Of a stretch of 27,962 nt of DNA, positions 1-8,833 are shown one piece after another. The position numbers and the translations under genes are program-made. Each line of letters starts with the position of its first letter. Position 1 is the first letter of the stretch. The stretch covers positions 22,777 through 50,738 of the forward strand of contig JBDGSJ010000001.1 of NCBI GenBank assembly GCA_042217585.1. Reading direction: 5' to 3'. This DNA comes from Candidatus Nanohaloarchaea archaeon (lineage in GTDB: Archaea; Nanohalarchaeota; Nanosalinia; Nanosalinales; Nanosalinaceae). The notes under the pieces were generated by a model that was not told the origin of the DNA, ran no database searches, and saw only the letters and a program-made list of their open reading frames with translations.

Positions 1-609
1 CAGGTCGGTGTCCATCTTCAGCCGGACCTTTGTATTCTCCCCGGTGTAGTCCACTGCGGAGTGTCTGAGAACTTTTCCGTTTCCGATCTGTGCGGTGAAC
101 TTCCACTCCGACTTCCGCCCCGCGAGCTTTCTGACTTTGAAACGTCCCTCGGCTGACCCTATACTGAGTTCAACCGGAAGGCTCTGTCCGAGATAGGCTT
201 TCTCGCCGTCTACCGGTGAGATCACGTTAAGCTCCATTCTGTCCACCCAGAAAGACTTCCGGGTGTAACCCCCGTCCTTGCATTTGGCCTCAAGGTAGTA
301 TTCTCCCGTTTTCTCCGGGGACATGTCCAGCGAGTAAGAGTGGTTTTTCCCGAGACCGGATGTCTCAGCGCCGAAACCCGGTCCGTAGAATCTCGGTCCC
401 TCGACGTGTACGTGTTCGATCTGCGAGCCGTTGCCTCCAGCGTAGCAGCTTACCTGTGCGTTCAGGACCTGGTCCGTGCTTTTCTTCCACAGGGTTTTGT
501 CGCCCGGATCAATCGTTACCTCGGGATCTGTCGCTGAACCGGCTGCCACCAGGACCGCAGCGAGAGATGTAAACAGAAGTGCCTTGGAAAGGGATTTTCG
601 GCGTGGCAT
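1..609 (-). CDS. Secreted/surface protein with beta-rich (Ig-like) domains, 3' end outside the window
   Basis: Not in the ORF track because it runs off the edge. Manual translation from ATG at 609 gives MPRRKSLSKALLFTSLAAVLVAAGSATDPEVTIDPG..., open to base 1 (203 codons). It has a signal peptide, a Cys pair and a 'PEKTGEYYLEAKC' Ig-type strand, and lies 18 nt after the stop of the upstream gene. Confidence 0.8.
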   Translation of the reverse strand, partial: MPRRKSLSKALLFTSLAAVLVAAGSATDPEVTIDPGDKTLWKKSTDQVLNAQVSCYAGGNGSQIEHVHVEGPRFYGPGFGAETSGLGKNHSYSLDMSPEKTGEYYLEAKCKDGGYTRKSFWVDRMELNVISPVDGEKAYLGQSLPVELSIGSAEGRFKVRKLAGRKSEWKFTAQIGNGKVLRHSAVDYTGENTKVRLKMDTDL

Positions 610-627
610 CTGGATAAACTTGGGTTT

Positions 628-1428
628 TCACTTCTTTAAAGCTTTAATTTTCTGGAGCAGGGTATCTCTGGCCTGATACAGGTTGAGTCCGGCCAGCAGC
701 ACCACCAGTGCGTACAGCGCTGGCAGCCTGTAATCCATTAACCGTTCCCAGAGACCGGGTGAGGTCCGTAGAACGACTTTCGTCTTTCCCATGATCGAGC
801 CGTTCTCCGCCATCACGGCGTAGGTGATGTTCTCGTCCTCGGTGTATATCGGGGCACTGTACTCGATGACTGCCTCACCTTCGTTGAATTTCTCGGAGGA
901 AGTCTTCCAGTAAGCCGGGACCCTGTACGGAATCAGTGTTCCCTGATTCACGTCGAGCCGTATCTTTGCATTGCTGGAGTTGCTCCAGACCGTTGTAGAG
1001 TCCAGCCTGTTGTCCAACACGGTCCTCTCGGTTACGTTGAAGGTGAAGTTGCCTATCTTCTCCCTCTTGCCGCAGTAGTCGAGGTAGGCGTCGGCGCGGA
1101 CCATCCCGGTGTAGTTCCGCGGCAGGTATTTCAGCTCAACGGTCCTGGCCCCGCCGGACCACAGCGGGACTCTCTGGGAGTACCTCTCTATCCGCTCTCC
1201 ACCTCCTTTCTGGAAGACGGTCCTGAGCCGGAAGGTGCAGCCGACGGATCCCTTGTTCTCGACCGTAAGGTTCACGTTCTGTATTTTCCTGACTTCTGAA
1301 TCGTGCTCCAGCGAGAAATGGGATGCTATCAGGGTGTCGTCAACGTTCAGCTGGAACCTGGCTCCGGCCGCCGGCCCTGCGAGCAGGACCGCAATAACTA
1401 CCAGAACCTGGATTTTAGCTCCAGCCAT
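628..1428 (-). CDS. Secreted Ig-like protein with C-terminal membrane anchor
   Basis: Signal peptide, 'LTVENKGS' CARDB-like strand, Cys pair, several NxS/T sequons, C-terminal hydrophobic helix followed by a Lys-rich tail. Confidence 0.8.
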   Translation of the reverse strand: MAGAKIQVLVVIAVLLAGPAAGARFQLNVDDTLIASHFSLEHDSEVRKIQNVNLTVENKGSVGCTFRLRTVFQKGGGERIERYSQRVPLWSGGARTVELKYLPRNYTGMVRADAYLDYCGKREKIGNFTFNVTERTVLDNRLDSTTVWSNSSNAKIRLDVNQGTLIPYRVPAYWKTSSEKFNEGEAVIEYSAPIYTEDENITYAVMAENGSIMGKTKVVLRTSPGLWERLMDYRLPALYALVVLLAGLNLYQARDTLLQKIKALKK

Positions 1429-1853
1429 TTTCTTCCCCAGGAGCTGGTCGGTATCTCTGTTTTTACAGCGAGCTGCCCCTCGTAGTAACCTTCCTCAGAA
1501 GCGTTGAAAGATATCTCGACGGTCCTGTTGCCCTTGAACCGGATCTTCTCCGGAACTTCAACGTGCGGAGATATATTCCCTGTCTTGCTGAACCTTACAG
1601 TTACGTTCTTCGAGGACTGAAGCTTCAGCCTTTTCCGGACCTCGGTCCTCGCAGGTATCTCGCCGAAACTCAGGTTGTCAGAAACAGTGACACCGAGGTT
1701 GTAGATCGAGTCATTCGTAAAGTTGTACTCCGTGGCGTTGGCCGACATTTTCAGTTCCATGCTTCTCTGCTCGACCAGGACCTCGTCCAGGATAAACGGT
1801 GCTGATCCCAGGACCAGCGCTACGCCGATCACTGCAGGGGCCAATCTGTTCAT
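1398..1853 (-). CDS. Small single-Ig-domain exported protein (possible minor pilin-like)
   Basis: N-terminal hydrophobic segment, 'NLSFGEIP' and 'EGYYEGQLAV' motifs, operonic spacing with both neighbours. Confidence 0.75.
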   Translation of the reverse strand: MNRLAPAVIGVALVLGSAPFILDEVLVEQRSMELKMSANATEYNFTNDSIYNLGVTVSDNLSFGEIPARTEVRKRLKLQSSKNVTVRFSKTGNISPHVEVPEKIRFKGNRTVEISFNASEEGYYEGQLAVKTEIPTSSWGRKWLELKSRFW

Positions 1854-1860
1854 TCAGGAC

Positions 1861-2979
1861 TCACCCGTACATAATCAATCCTCCTGCCAGTATTAAAACG
1901 ATGACGATGAGGTAGACCGGCAGACCGGACATCATGATGAATGCGGAGATACCGAGGAAACCCGTCACAGCTATTATCCAGACAGGGTCGATATCGAACG
2001 AGTACATCAGGACCAGAAGGGTCACCAGCGCCATCAGTATCAGCCAGTTCGGGGTGCCCCCCGCGAGAGACGGCGAGTTCTTCCCGGTCCGGTTGCCCGG
2101 GGTCTGACGGGACTGTATCTCGATGAACTTCTTTATGTCGATAGTGCTGTCAAACGCCGCCATCCCCGTGAGGAAGTTGACGGAGCCGTTTACCTTGTAT
2201 CTGCCTGCCTCAAGCTCTTTGTCAGTGTGAAGGTCGGCGCTTATAACCTTTCTGTTCCCTGGAGCGATCTCTACATTGCCGGTGGATATCTCCCCCACCT
2301 TCTTGCCTGTGTTGAGGTCGTAGACGGCAGCGTCCTTGCTGACCGTCTCCAGGGTGACTGTACCGGTATTCCGAACGATGAGGTCCACTCTCGCGTACTC
2401 GTCTCCACCTCTGAGCCCTCTAATTTCTTCCACTATCAGGTTCCTCTCCACCTCTCTTCCCGGAACCCTGAAAATAAAGGTGTACTGGGAGAGACCTATT
2501 GTACCTACCTGCTGGCCCTGGCCTTCCCGGCCCATGCTGGGCTGCAGAGATATTTTTCCGACGTGGTAGCCTGGTTCAGCGTTCCTGGGGATTCTGAGCT
2601 GGAAATCGAATTCACCCTGGACCGTTGTCTTCCCTCCACCTGTACCGACGCGGTACGAAGTGGATGGATCGATCCTGTAGCTGTCCTGTGTAAACCGGAC
2701 CCATCCTGTTATATCCTCCTGTGATGCCTGGAAGGGGCTGAAATCGTAGTTACGGCCCGAGGTTCTGACCTGGAAGAAGTTGGTGCCCGGGCTGTTGACC
2801 CTTGGGTTTATCGTGAATGGCTCTTCCGCGTTCGTAGTAATGTACACGGTCACCTGCCGGGTTTCACCCCGCTCCATCTTTCCCAGGTCCTTCACTCCCG
2901 GGGCGACACCTATGAAAGTTCCTGAAACCTGGCCCACGGCCAGAAGTACGAGAAGTGGCAGGATCAGCTTCCGGACCAT
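1861..2979 (-). CDS. Two-Ig-domain exported protein with C-terminal TM helices (DUF916/DUF3324-like architecture)
   Basis: Signal peptide; domain 1 has 'IGVAPG' and 'LRIPRNAEPGYHVGKI'; domain 2 has 'LIVRNTGTVTL' and 'AGRYKV'; C-terminal TM segments. Family resemblance judged by eye. Confidence 0.75.
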   Translation of the reverse strand: MVRKLILPLLVLLAVGQVSGTFIGVAPGVKDLGKMERGETRQVTVYITTNAEEPFTINPRVNSPGTNFFQVRTSGRNYDFSPFQASQEDITGWVRFTQDSYRIDPSTSYRVGTGGGKTTVQGEFDFQLRIPRNAEPGYHVGKISLQPSMGREGQGQQVGTIGLSQYTFIFRVPGREVERNLIVEEIRGLRGGDEYARVDLIVRNTGTVTLETVSKDAAVYDLNTGKKVGEISTGNVEIAPGNRKVISADLHTDKELEAGRYKVNGSVNFLTGMAAFDSTIDIKKFIEIQSRQTPGNRTGKNSPSLAGGTPNWLILMALVTLLVLMYSFDIDPVWIIAVTGFLGISAFIMMSGLPVYLIVIVLILAGGLIMYG

Positions 2980-3004
2980 TACGTTAAACCATTGTGTTTC
3001 AGGG

Positions 3005-3011
3005 ATTTTAT
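3005..3011 (-). promoter_or_regulatory. Putative TATA box for the leftward surface-protein operon
   Basis: TATAAAA on the minus strand 26-32 nt before the ATG at 2979, the spacing expected for a leaderless transcript. Confidence 0.5.
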
Positions 3012-3210
3012 ACCATTTTATCCGACCAGAGACCGGAAATACCGGCTCAATAGTTTACTTTTATATACTAGCCCCGGGAATTCATGGTTAGTTGAGGGGG
3101 AGGCGGTAGTCCAGAATCAGGTGATCCGCCTATTTCAAGCACGATTGCAGGCAAGGCTTACCGCCATTCAGAAGCAGGTCTTCCAGAGTTTTCTATCTGT
3201 TTTTCCAGCT

Positions 3211-3324
3211 ACAGCTTTTTTTCAGTGACACTAAATACAGTGACTGGAATCCAGTCATCGACATTTTGCAGTCGTTCGAACGACAAAATCAGTCAAAAAC
3301 ACTTCAACGAGGTGAATATCACAC
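3211..3324 (+). promoter_or_regulatory. Putative promoter, structured 5' UTR and Shine-Dalgarno of the major secreted protein
   Basis: ACAGCTTTTTTTCA (3211-3224) resembles AAAGCTTTTTACA upstream of moxR. Hairpin TGACTGG-AAT-CCAGTCA at 3241-3257, palindrome GTCGTTCGAACGAC at 3271-3284, SD GAGGTGA at 3309-3315. Confidence 0.55.
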
Positions 3325-4404
3325 TTGAAAATTAAACATCTCACCGTGGCTGTCGCAGTAATCACAGCTGTGGCGCTTACGACCACAGTATCGGCAGCCC
3401 AGGACAGCGAGGGCTCGACCTTCAACATGACGGTCTCACAGATCGTCGAGGTTGACGTCTCGCCGAACCGGATGGACTACGCCGGCGTACAGCCGGGAGA
3501 CACCAATCTGACCTCCGACAGAAACTACGGAGGCGTAGAGATAGAGAACATCGGCTCAGAGAACATTACAAACATCTGGGTCGGAGCAAGCTACCCGTCC
3601 ATCCAGGACAGCACCGAGGCATCAACGCCGTTCGGAACAGGTACGGCAGGTTCCTACGACGCAGGTAACTTCATCGTCGTGAGACCAACCTCGGAGGTGG
3701 CAGGAGTAGTTAACCCTGACGACGCAGGATCCAGCGCAAACGCTGCTGGCTACCACTTCGTCAACAGGGTCGAGTTCAACGCCACGAACGACCTTTCCTA
3801 CATCCGAACACCCGACTCAACAAGCAGGTACGGTCGTTTCAGGGTAGGAAACGAGTCGCTCTTCTGGCTGATCGACTACGGAGGATCTAACTCCGACGGA
3901 AACCTGTGTGACGGAGAAGGTTCAAGCGTCATCAGGGTAGGAAACGAACCTCACTCCAGAGAGGCACTTGGATCAGTCGACTTCAGAGACGGTTCGGGAG
4001 AGTACGTCGAGTACAGCATCCCGAGCGCCGACGAGGTCACCAGTACGTCCAGCGGAAGAAGCTACGGACAGGTCGCAGCCGAAGTCGACATCCAGAGCGA
4101 CAAGGGCAACAGGACCTACACGCTGCTGACCTACTGTGGCGGACCAGCAACGTCGGGTGGATCATCCAACGCCACTTTCGTCGTGAGATCGAGGTACAAC
4201 GTCAAGCCGCTTGACGTCACTACACAGCTCACGACTTCAGGCGGAAGGATGCAGAAGATCATGAACAACTCGATCGGTGCAGAAACTGACGAGCTTCAGC
4301 CTGGTGAGCACTTCACGCTTGAGACAGGAATTTCGGTCCCTTACGGAGTAACCAAGGGACAGGTCGGTACAGGTACACTCACCGTGTACGCCACCAACAA
4401 CTGA
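3325..4404 (+). CDS. Unanchored secreted protein, candidate major filament/pilin or surface-layer subunit
   Basis: TTG start with a strong SD; signal peptide ending about VSA-A; Ser/Thr/Gly/Asp-rich; NxS/T sequons; one Cys pair; no C-terminal TM or PGF-CTERM; ends in the beta-strand 'VPYGVTKGQVGTGTLTVYATNN'. Confidence 0.85.
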   Translation: MKIKHLTVAVAVITAVALTTTVSAAQDSEGSTFNMTVSQIVEVDVSPNRMDYAGVQPGDTNLTSDRNYGGVEIENIGSENITNIWVGASYPSIQDSTEASTPFGTGTAGSYDAGNFIVVRPTSEVAGVVNPDDAGSSANAAGYHFVNRVEFNATNDLSYIRTPDSTSRYGRFRVGNESLFWLIDYGGSNSDGNLCDGEGSSVIRVGNEPHSREALGSVDFRDGSGEYVEYSIPSADEVTSTSSGRSYGQVAAEVDIQSDKGNRTYTLLTYCGGPATSGGSSNATFVVRSRYNVKPLDVTTQLTTSGGRMQKIMNNSIGAETDELQPGEHFTLETGISVPYGVTKGQVGTGTLTVYATNN

Positions 4405-4410
4405 CACCCA

Positions 4411-4440
4411 ACCCTCCTTTCTTCTTTCCTTTATCTCTCT
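4411..4440 (+). terminator. Pyrimidine/T-rich archaeal terminator
   Basis: CCCTCCTTTTCTTCTTTCCTTTATCTCTCT directly after the stop at 4404. Confidence 0.5.
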
Positions 4441-4453
4441 AAAGCTTTTTACA
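4441..4453 (+). promoter_or_regulatory. Putative BRE/TATA for the moxR operon
   Basis: AAAGCTTTTTACA about 25-30 nt upstream of the ATG at 4476. Confidence 0.5.
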
Positions 4454-4475
4454 CAGCCGCCGCAATTCTACTTGT

Positions 4476-5486
4476 ATGGCGACGAAGTACGCTGATCTCT
4501 CCGAGAAAGAGATGGAGCAGAAGGCCGAGGAGTTCTCGGAAATGATCCACGACATGGAGCAGATGGTCCAGAACGGTTTCGTGGGGCAGGAGGACGTGAT
4601 ACACAAGGTCCTGCTCTCGATCGTCGCCGGGGGCAACATACTTCTTGAAGGGGTCCCGGGGCTGGGCAAGTCGTTCCTGGTGGAGACCCTTTCCCGGGTC
4701 GTGGACGATGCGGAGATGCACAGGATACAGTTCACGCCGGACCTCCTGCCTTCGGACATCACAGGTGTCGAGGCGTACAACGAGGACAAGGGTTTCTACG
4801 TTGAGAAGGGACCGATCTTTGCCAACTTCATACTTGCGGACGAGATCAACCGTGCGCCGCCGAAGGTCCAGTCCGCGATGCTTGAGGCTATGCAGGAGCA
4901 CAAGGTATCGATCGGCGACGAGACCTTCGACCTCCCGGAGCCGTTCTTCACGATGGCGACCCAGAACCCTGTTGAGCAGGGCGGAACCTACCCGCTTCCC
5001 GAGGCGCAGATAGACCGGTTCATCTTCAAGGTCTACCTGGATTACCCGGAGAAGCAGAACGAGCAGAAGATCATCGACATGAACGCGAACATACTGGACG
5101 AGGGCGACTTCGGGGTCCACCCGGTGGTCGACAAGCAGGACGTCCTGAATATCCAGGAGTTCTCGAAGGAGGTCACGGTCTCGGACGAGATCAAGGCGTA
5201 CATCGTGGACCTCGTCGACGCGTCGAGGAACCCTGAGGACTACGGCATGGAGCTGAGCGAGTACATCGACTGGGGTTGCACGCCGAGGGCCTCGATTAAC
5301 CTTGCGCTCGCGGGAAGGGCGAACGCGCTTTACAACGGGAGGCATTACGTGACGCCGGAGGATATCCGGGCTGTGATAAAGGACGTCTTCATCCACAGGA
5401 TAATACTTAACTACGAGGGCGAGGCGCAGGGCATAGAGGTGGAGGACATAATCAACAACATCGTGGACCGGGTCCCGGTGAGGTGA
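4476..5486 (+). CDS. moxR: MoxR-family AAA+ ATPase
   Basis: Walker A 'LLEGVPGLGKS', 'RIQFTPDLLPSDITG', Walker B 'LADEINRAPPKVQSAMLEAMQE', 'ATQNPVEQGGTYPLPEAQIDRF'. Confidence 0.97.
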   Translation: MATKYADLSEKEMEQKAEEFSEMIHDMEQMVQNGFVGQEDVIHKVLLSIVAGGNILLEGVPGLGKSFLVETLSRVVDDAEMHRIQFTPDLLPSDITGVEAYNEDKGFYVEKGPIFANFILADEINRAPPKVQSAMLEAMQEHKVSIGDETFDLPEPFFTMATQNPVEQGGTYPLPEAQIDRFIFKVYLDYPEKQNEQKIIDMNANILDEGDFGVHPVVDKQDVLNIQEFSKEVTVSDEIKAYIVDLVDASRNPEDYGMELSEYIDWGCTPRASINLALAGRANALYNGRHYVTPEDIRAVIKDVFIHRIILNYEGEAQGIEVEDIINNIVDRVPVR

Positions 5487-5490
5487 AGTC

Positions 5491-6378
5491 GTGCGCTCGC
5501 AGGACATGATGGACCGGGAGGAGCTCAGGGATGAGATAGATGTGGAGGTGAAGCGGGTTTCGGACCTCTTCAGGTTCATCATGAAGTTCAAGCGACATTT
5601 CCAGCCATCCGGGGTCGAGTTCTCCGGGCTGCGGCAGTACCTGCCGAGCGACGACGCTTCCAGGATCGACTGGAAGAACTCGGCGGGTTCCGACGACCTG
5701 TACGTGGACCAGTTCGAGGAGGAGGTTGACATGGACGCCTTTATCGTGCTGGATGTTTCTGACAGCATGATCTTCGGGACCGCGGATAAGCTGAAGTCGG
5801 AGTACGCCGCGGTCGTGGGGGCGGCGCTGGCTTTCGCCTCGATCGATGCGGGGATCGACGTCGGTTTCGGGATGTGGGGCGAGGACAGCCTGATACGGAA
5901 TCCTTCCTCCACCAACTCGCAGTACCAGAGGATGCTTGACGAGCTGTCGGACCCGGAGAACTACGGCGGAAAGTTCGACCTGGACCGTGCGCTGACCGAC
6001 GTGATCGGGAAAATAAAGGAGGATACCGCCATATTCATAATTTCAGATTTCATCAACGTGAAAGGTGACTGGAAGACGAAGCTGACTCTTTCCAGCATGA
6101 AGTTCCGGCACGTGATGAGCGTGATGGTCCGGGACCTGAGGGATTACAGGATGCCGGAGAACGGGAACATGAGGTTCGAGTCGCCCGACGGGTCCGGCCA
6201 GATAGCGCTGAACACGGATGTGGAGGCGGAGGAGTTCAACCGGGAGGCGAAGAGGAGAGAGGAGGAGATGGAGGAGAAGCTGAAGGGTTCCGGGTCCAGC
6301 TTCCTGAAGATCGATACGCGGGACAACTTCGCGGCGAAGTTCGCGGAGTTCTTCGAGGAGGATGAGGGCTCATGGTGA
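5491..6378 (+). CDS. DUF58 (vWA-like) protein
   Basis: 'GVEFSGLRQYLPSDDASRIDWKNSA', 'IVLDVSDSMIFG', 'IISDF'; usual position after moxR. Start is GTG 5491 or ATG 5506. Confidence 0.93.
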   Translation: MRSQDMMDREELRDEIDVEVKRVSDLFRFIMKFKRHFQPSGVEFSGLRQYLPSDDASRIDWKNSAGSDDLYVDQFEEEVDMDAFIVLDVSDSMIFGTADKLKSEYAAVVGAALAFASIDAGIDVGFGMWGEDSLIRNPSSTNSQYQRMLDELSDPENYGGKFDLDRALTDVIGKIKEDTAIFIISDFINVKGDWKTKLTLSSMKFRHVMSVMVRDLRDYRMPENGNMRFESPDGSGQIALNTDVEAEEFNREAKRREEEMEEKLKGSGSSFLKIDTRDNFAAKFAEFFEEDEGSW

Positions 6379-7328
6379 GCAAGATCGTCTTCACGGACCG
6401 TTTCTCCAACATACTTTTCCTGGTGAACGGGATCGCGGTCCTGCTTTTCCTCGCGGCGAAGCAGAAGAAGGAGCAGAGGGCGATGAAGTTCGGGAACTAC
6501 GAGACCCTGAAGAGGGTCGCCGGCGGAAACTTCCTGAAATCCAGTAACGTCCTTCTCCTGCTCAGGATACTGGGGCTGACCCTGCTGATAGTCGGTATCT
6601 CAAACCCTGTCCTGATCAGCGAGGAACCGTCGGGGAACTCGGACTACGTGATCGCCATCGACACCTCCAGCTCAATGCTGACGTCGGATATCGAACCGAC
6701 CCGGTTCCAGGCCGCCAAGGACGTTTCCCGCCAGTTCGTCTCCCGGCTGGGGAACAACACCCGGGCAGGGATAGTCTCTTTCTCCGGAAGGGTGAAGAAA
6801 GAGCAGCAGCTGACCTCTGACAAGGAACTGCTGGCCGCCACCATAAAGAATATCTCGACAGGGGAGACCGCAGGTACGGCCATCGGAGACGCCCTGATAA
6901 CTTCGTCCTCCATGCTCCTGTCATCGGAGCGGAACCGGACCGTGATACTGATAACGGACGGCAGGAACAACGTCGGGACCTCTCTCAACGAGTCACTGGA
7001 TTACGTCATGAACCACAACGTCACGGTGAACACGGTAGGACTCGGGACCGACAATAGCTCCCGGCAGGAGTTCGGCATAGTCAACAGGACGAACGCCTCA
7101 CAGGCTGATTTCCCCGGGCTTGACCAGGAAGGGCTGAAGAGGATAGCGAACGCGACCGGCGGAGAGTTCGTACTCGCCACTAACCGGGCCGACCTTGAGG
7201 AAGCGATCTCGTCGATGAACCTCGTGACTGTCAGGCAGGATATCTCAAGGTACCTCATATATGTCGCCCTGGTCTTCCTGCTGGGAGAGTGGGTCCTGGG
7301 AAGCACCCGTTACAGCATCATACCGTAA
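6372..7328 (+). CDS. BatA-like membrane vWA domain protein
   Basis: Two N-terminal TM helices, MIDAS 'DTSSSM', 'TAIGDA', 'LITDG', 'LKRIANATGGEF', C-terminal TM. Many NxT/S sequons imply an extracellular vWA domain. Confidence 0.93.
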   Translation: MVSKIVFTDRFSNILFLVNGIAVLLFLAAKQKKEQRAMKFGNYETLKRVAGGNFLKSSNVLLLLRILGLTLLIVGISNPVLISEEPSGNSDYVIAIDTSSSMLTSDIEPTRFQAAKDVSRQFVSRLGNNTRAGIVSFSGRVKKEQQLTSDKELLAATIKNISTGETAGTAIGDALITSSSMLLSSERNRTVILITDGRNNVGTSLNESLDYVMNHNVTVNTVGLGTDNSSRQEFGIVNRTNASQADFPGLDQEGLKRIANATGGEFVLATNRADLEEAISSMNLVTVRQDISRYLIYVALVFLLGEWVLGSTRYSIIP

Positions 7329-7365
7329 AAACCCTTTTCTTTACCTGTCCGAAATTAATCACTGG

Positions 7366-8832
7366 ATGACCGAAGAAGTCGAGATAGACGAGGCAGTGGA
7401 TGTGCTGGAGGGCTCAGTTGAGGACCTTGAGGAGTTCCTGGATGAGAAAAGCCTGGAACTGGGCACCCTGAGAGAGATACTTGAAGCTGAGAAGGAGATG
7501 AAGGACCGGAAAACCGCCAGGTCACTCCTGGAGAGGCAGATCGCCAGGAAGCGGATCAGAGAGGACGTGAGGCTGGCGAGAGAGGAGATACGGGAGGTCC
7601 ACGACGCGATAGAGGACTTGGAGGACACCGAGAATCTCGAACGGGAGGATGACGGAGAGGAACTCGGACCCCAGAAGCTGGCAGAGATAGTGGGCAGAAC
7701 TGTCGAGGACCTGAAAGAAGAGGTCAGGAATAGAGAACTCGGTCTTGAACAGCTCGAGAGGATACTTGACACCGAGAAAAAAGTGAAGGACCGGAAGACC
7801 GCGAAGGATTTCCTGAGAGAGGAGATAACCCGGCTGAAACTGGAGAAGGATCTTTTCCGGGCCGAGGACGATATCGATCAGGTAGAGGAAGACCTGGAGA
7901 GAATCCGATCCGATTCAGATGAGTTCGTGGATGAGAACATACCCGAAGAAGAGGAAACAGAGGAAGGAGAGGCAAAAAAGGAGGAAACCGTGGATGAAAA
8001 TGAGGGATCCGAGGGAAGGAAGAAAGAGCTCATCAGGGGGATGGACGTTGAGATGTCTGATAAAGAACTGGAGAAGCTCTCCGTGGAGGAGATAGAGAGT
8101 ATAAAAGAGGAGAAGAACCGTCGGGAGGAGCTGATCGGGAAGCTCGCCGATGAAGGGTTCGAGGAAGACGAGCTCAGGGAGGCGAGCACCAGCGACCTTG
8201 AAAAGCTGGAGGACTCCCTCAGAGAGCAGGAAGCCGGCGAAGAGAATACTGAAGAGGAAGAAGCCGAAAGGGAAGATCCTGGAGAGGACCTCTCCGGCCC
8301 GGAAGTGAGCGAGGATTCCTCCGGGAAAGAGATAGAGGAGGGAGAGGTCGAGGAGCTACAGGAGGAGGCCGAGGAGGACCTGGAACTGCTCCAGGGCGCC
8401 AGAAGAGACGCCGATGAAGATGAGGATGAGGACGGGGGAAAGCTCGGTTTCCAGGAGAGAGTGGAAGAGTTCCAGGAGAAGATAGAGAAGCTCGTTCCCC
8501 GGAGAGGAGAGGAGGACGAGGATTCCGGTGTCACGGAGGAAGAGAAGATGATCAAGCTTCTGGAGAGCTACAGGGAGCTCGAGGAGAAGAAGAGCGCGAT
8601 CAAGACGGCACAGGTAATGAAGGCGTACCTCGAGAAGGAGCTGGGCGTGGACCGGGAGATGACGTACAAGGAGCTGGCGGATTACATGGAGGGCCGGGAC
8701 GGAAGGAACTTCGAGGTCCTCAGCGATTTCCTGATGAAGGTCCACAGGGAGATCTATACCCAGAAGATGGTCCCGCACGATATGGAGGAGATCATCGACA
8801 CCTCCATCGACACGATAGAGGAGATGGAGTGA
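7366..8832 (+). CDS. Highly acidic coiled-coil protein with a duplicated N-terminal helical repeat and a DUF4129/BatD-like C-terminus
   Basis: Start moved to ATG 7366, after the vWA stop. Very Glu/Asp-rich; two '..EK..KDRKTA' repeats; C-terminal 'MKAYLEKELGVDREMTYKEL'. Confidence 0.8.
   Translation: MTEEVEIDEAVDVLEGSVEDLEEFLDEKSLELGTLREILEAEKEMKDRKTARSLLERQIARKRIREDVRLAREEIREVHDAIEDLEDTENLEREDDGEELGPQKLAEIVGRTVEDLKEEVRNRELGLEQLERILDTEKKVKDRKTAKDFLREEITRLKLEKDLFRAEDDIDQVEEDLERIRSDSDEFVDENIPEEEETEEGEAKKEETVDENEGSEGRKKELIRGMDVEMSDKELEKLSVEEIESIKEEKNRREELIGKLADEGFEEDELREASTSDLEKLEDSLREQEAGEENTEEEEAEREDPGEDLSGPEVSEDSSGKEIEEGEVEELQEEAEEDLELLQGARRDADEDEDEDGGKLGFQERVEEFQEKIEKLVPRRGEEDEDSGVTEEEKMIKLLESYRELEEKKSAIKTAQVMKAYLEKELGVDREMTYKELADYMEGRDGRNFEVLSDFLMKVHREIYTQKMVPHDMEEIIDTSIDTIEEME
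7402..7910 (+). repeat. Intragenic tandem duplication with a period of about 95 aa (two copies)
   Basis: VLEGSVEDLEEFLDEKSLELGTLREILEAEKEMKDRKTARSLLERQI versus IVGRTVEDLKEEVRNRELGLEQLERILDTEKKVKDRKTAKDFLREEI; DNA TGAAGGACCGGAA is present in both copies. Confidence 0.8.
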
Positions 8833-8833
8833 T

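Noticed and set aside
598..609. Twin-arginine (Tat) signal in MPRRKSL
   Set aside because: It lacks the RRxFL consensus; a Sec signal is equally plausible.
3325..4404. Haloarchaeal-type S-layer glycoprotein or type IV pilin call
   Set aside because: No PGF-CTERM, Thr-rich tail or TM anchor, and no class III signal peptide pattern.
4449..5915. 488-aa minus-strand ORF
   Set aside because: Antisense shadow of moxR/DUF58 caused by codon bias; no recognisable motifs.
7359..8778. Ser-rich minus-strand ORFs
   Set aside because: Reverse complement of the GAG/GAA-rich acidic gene.
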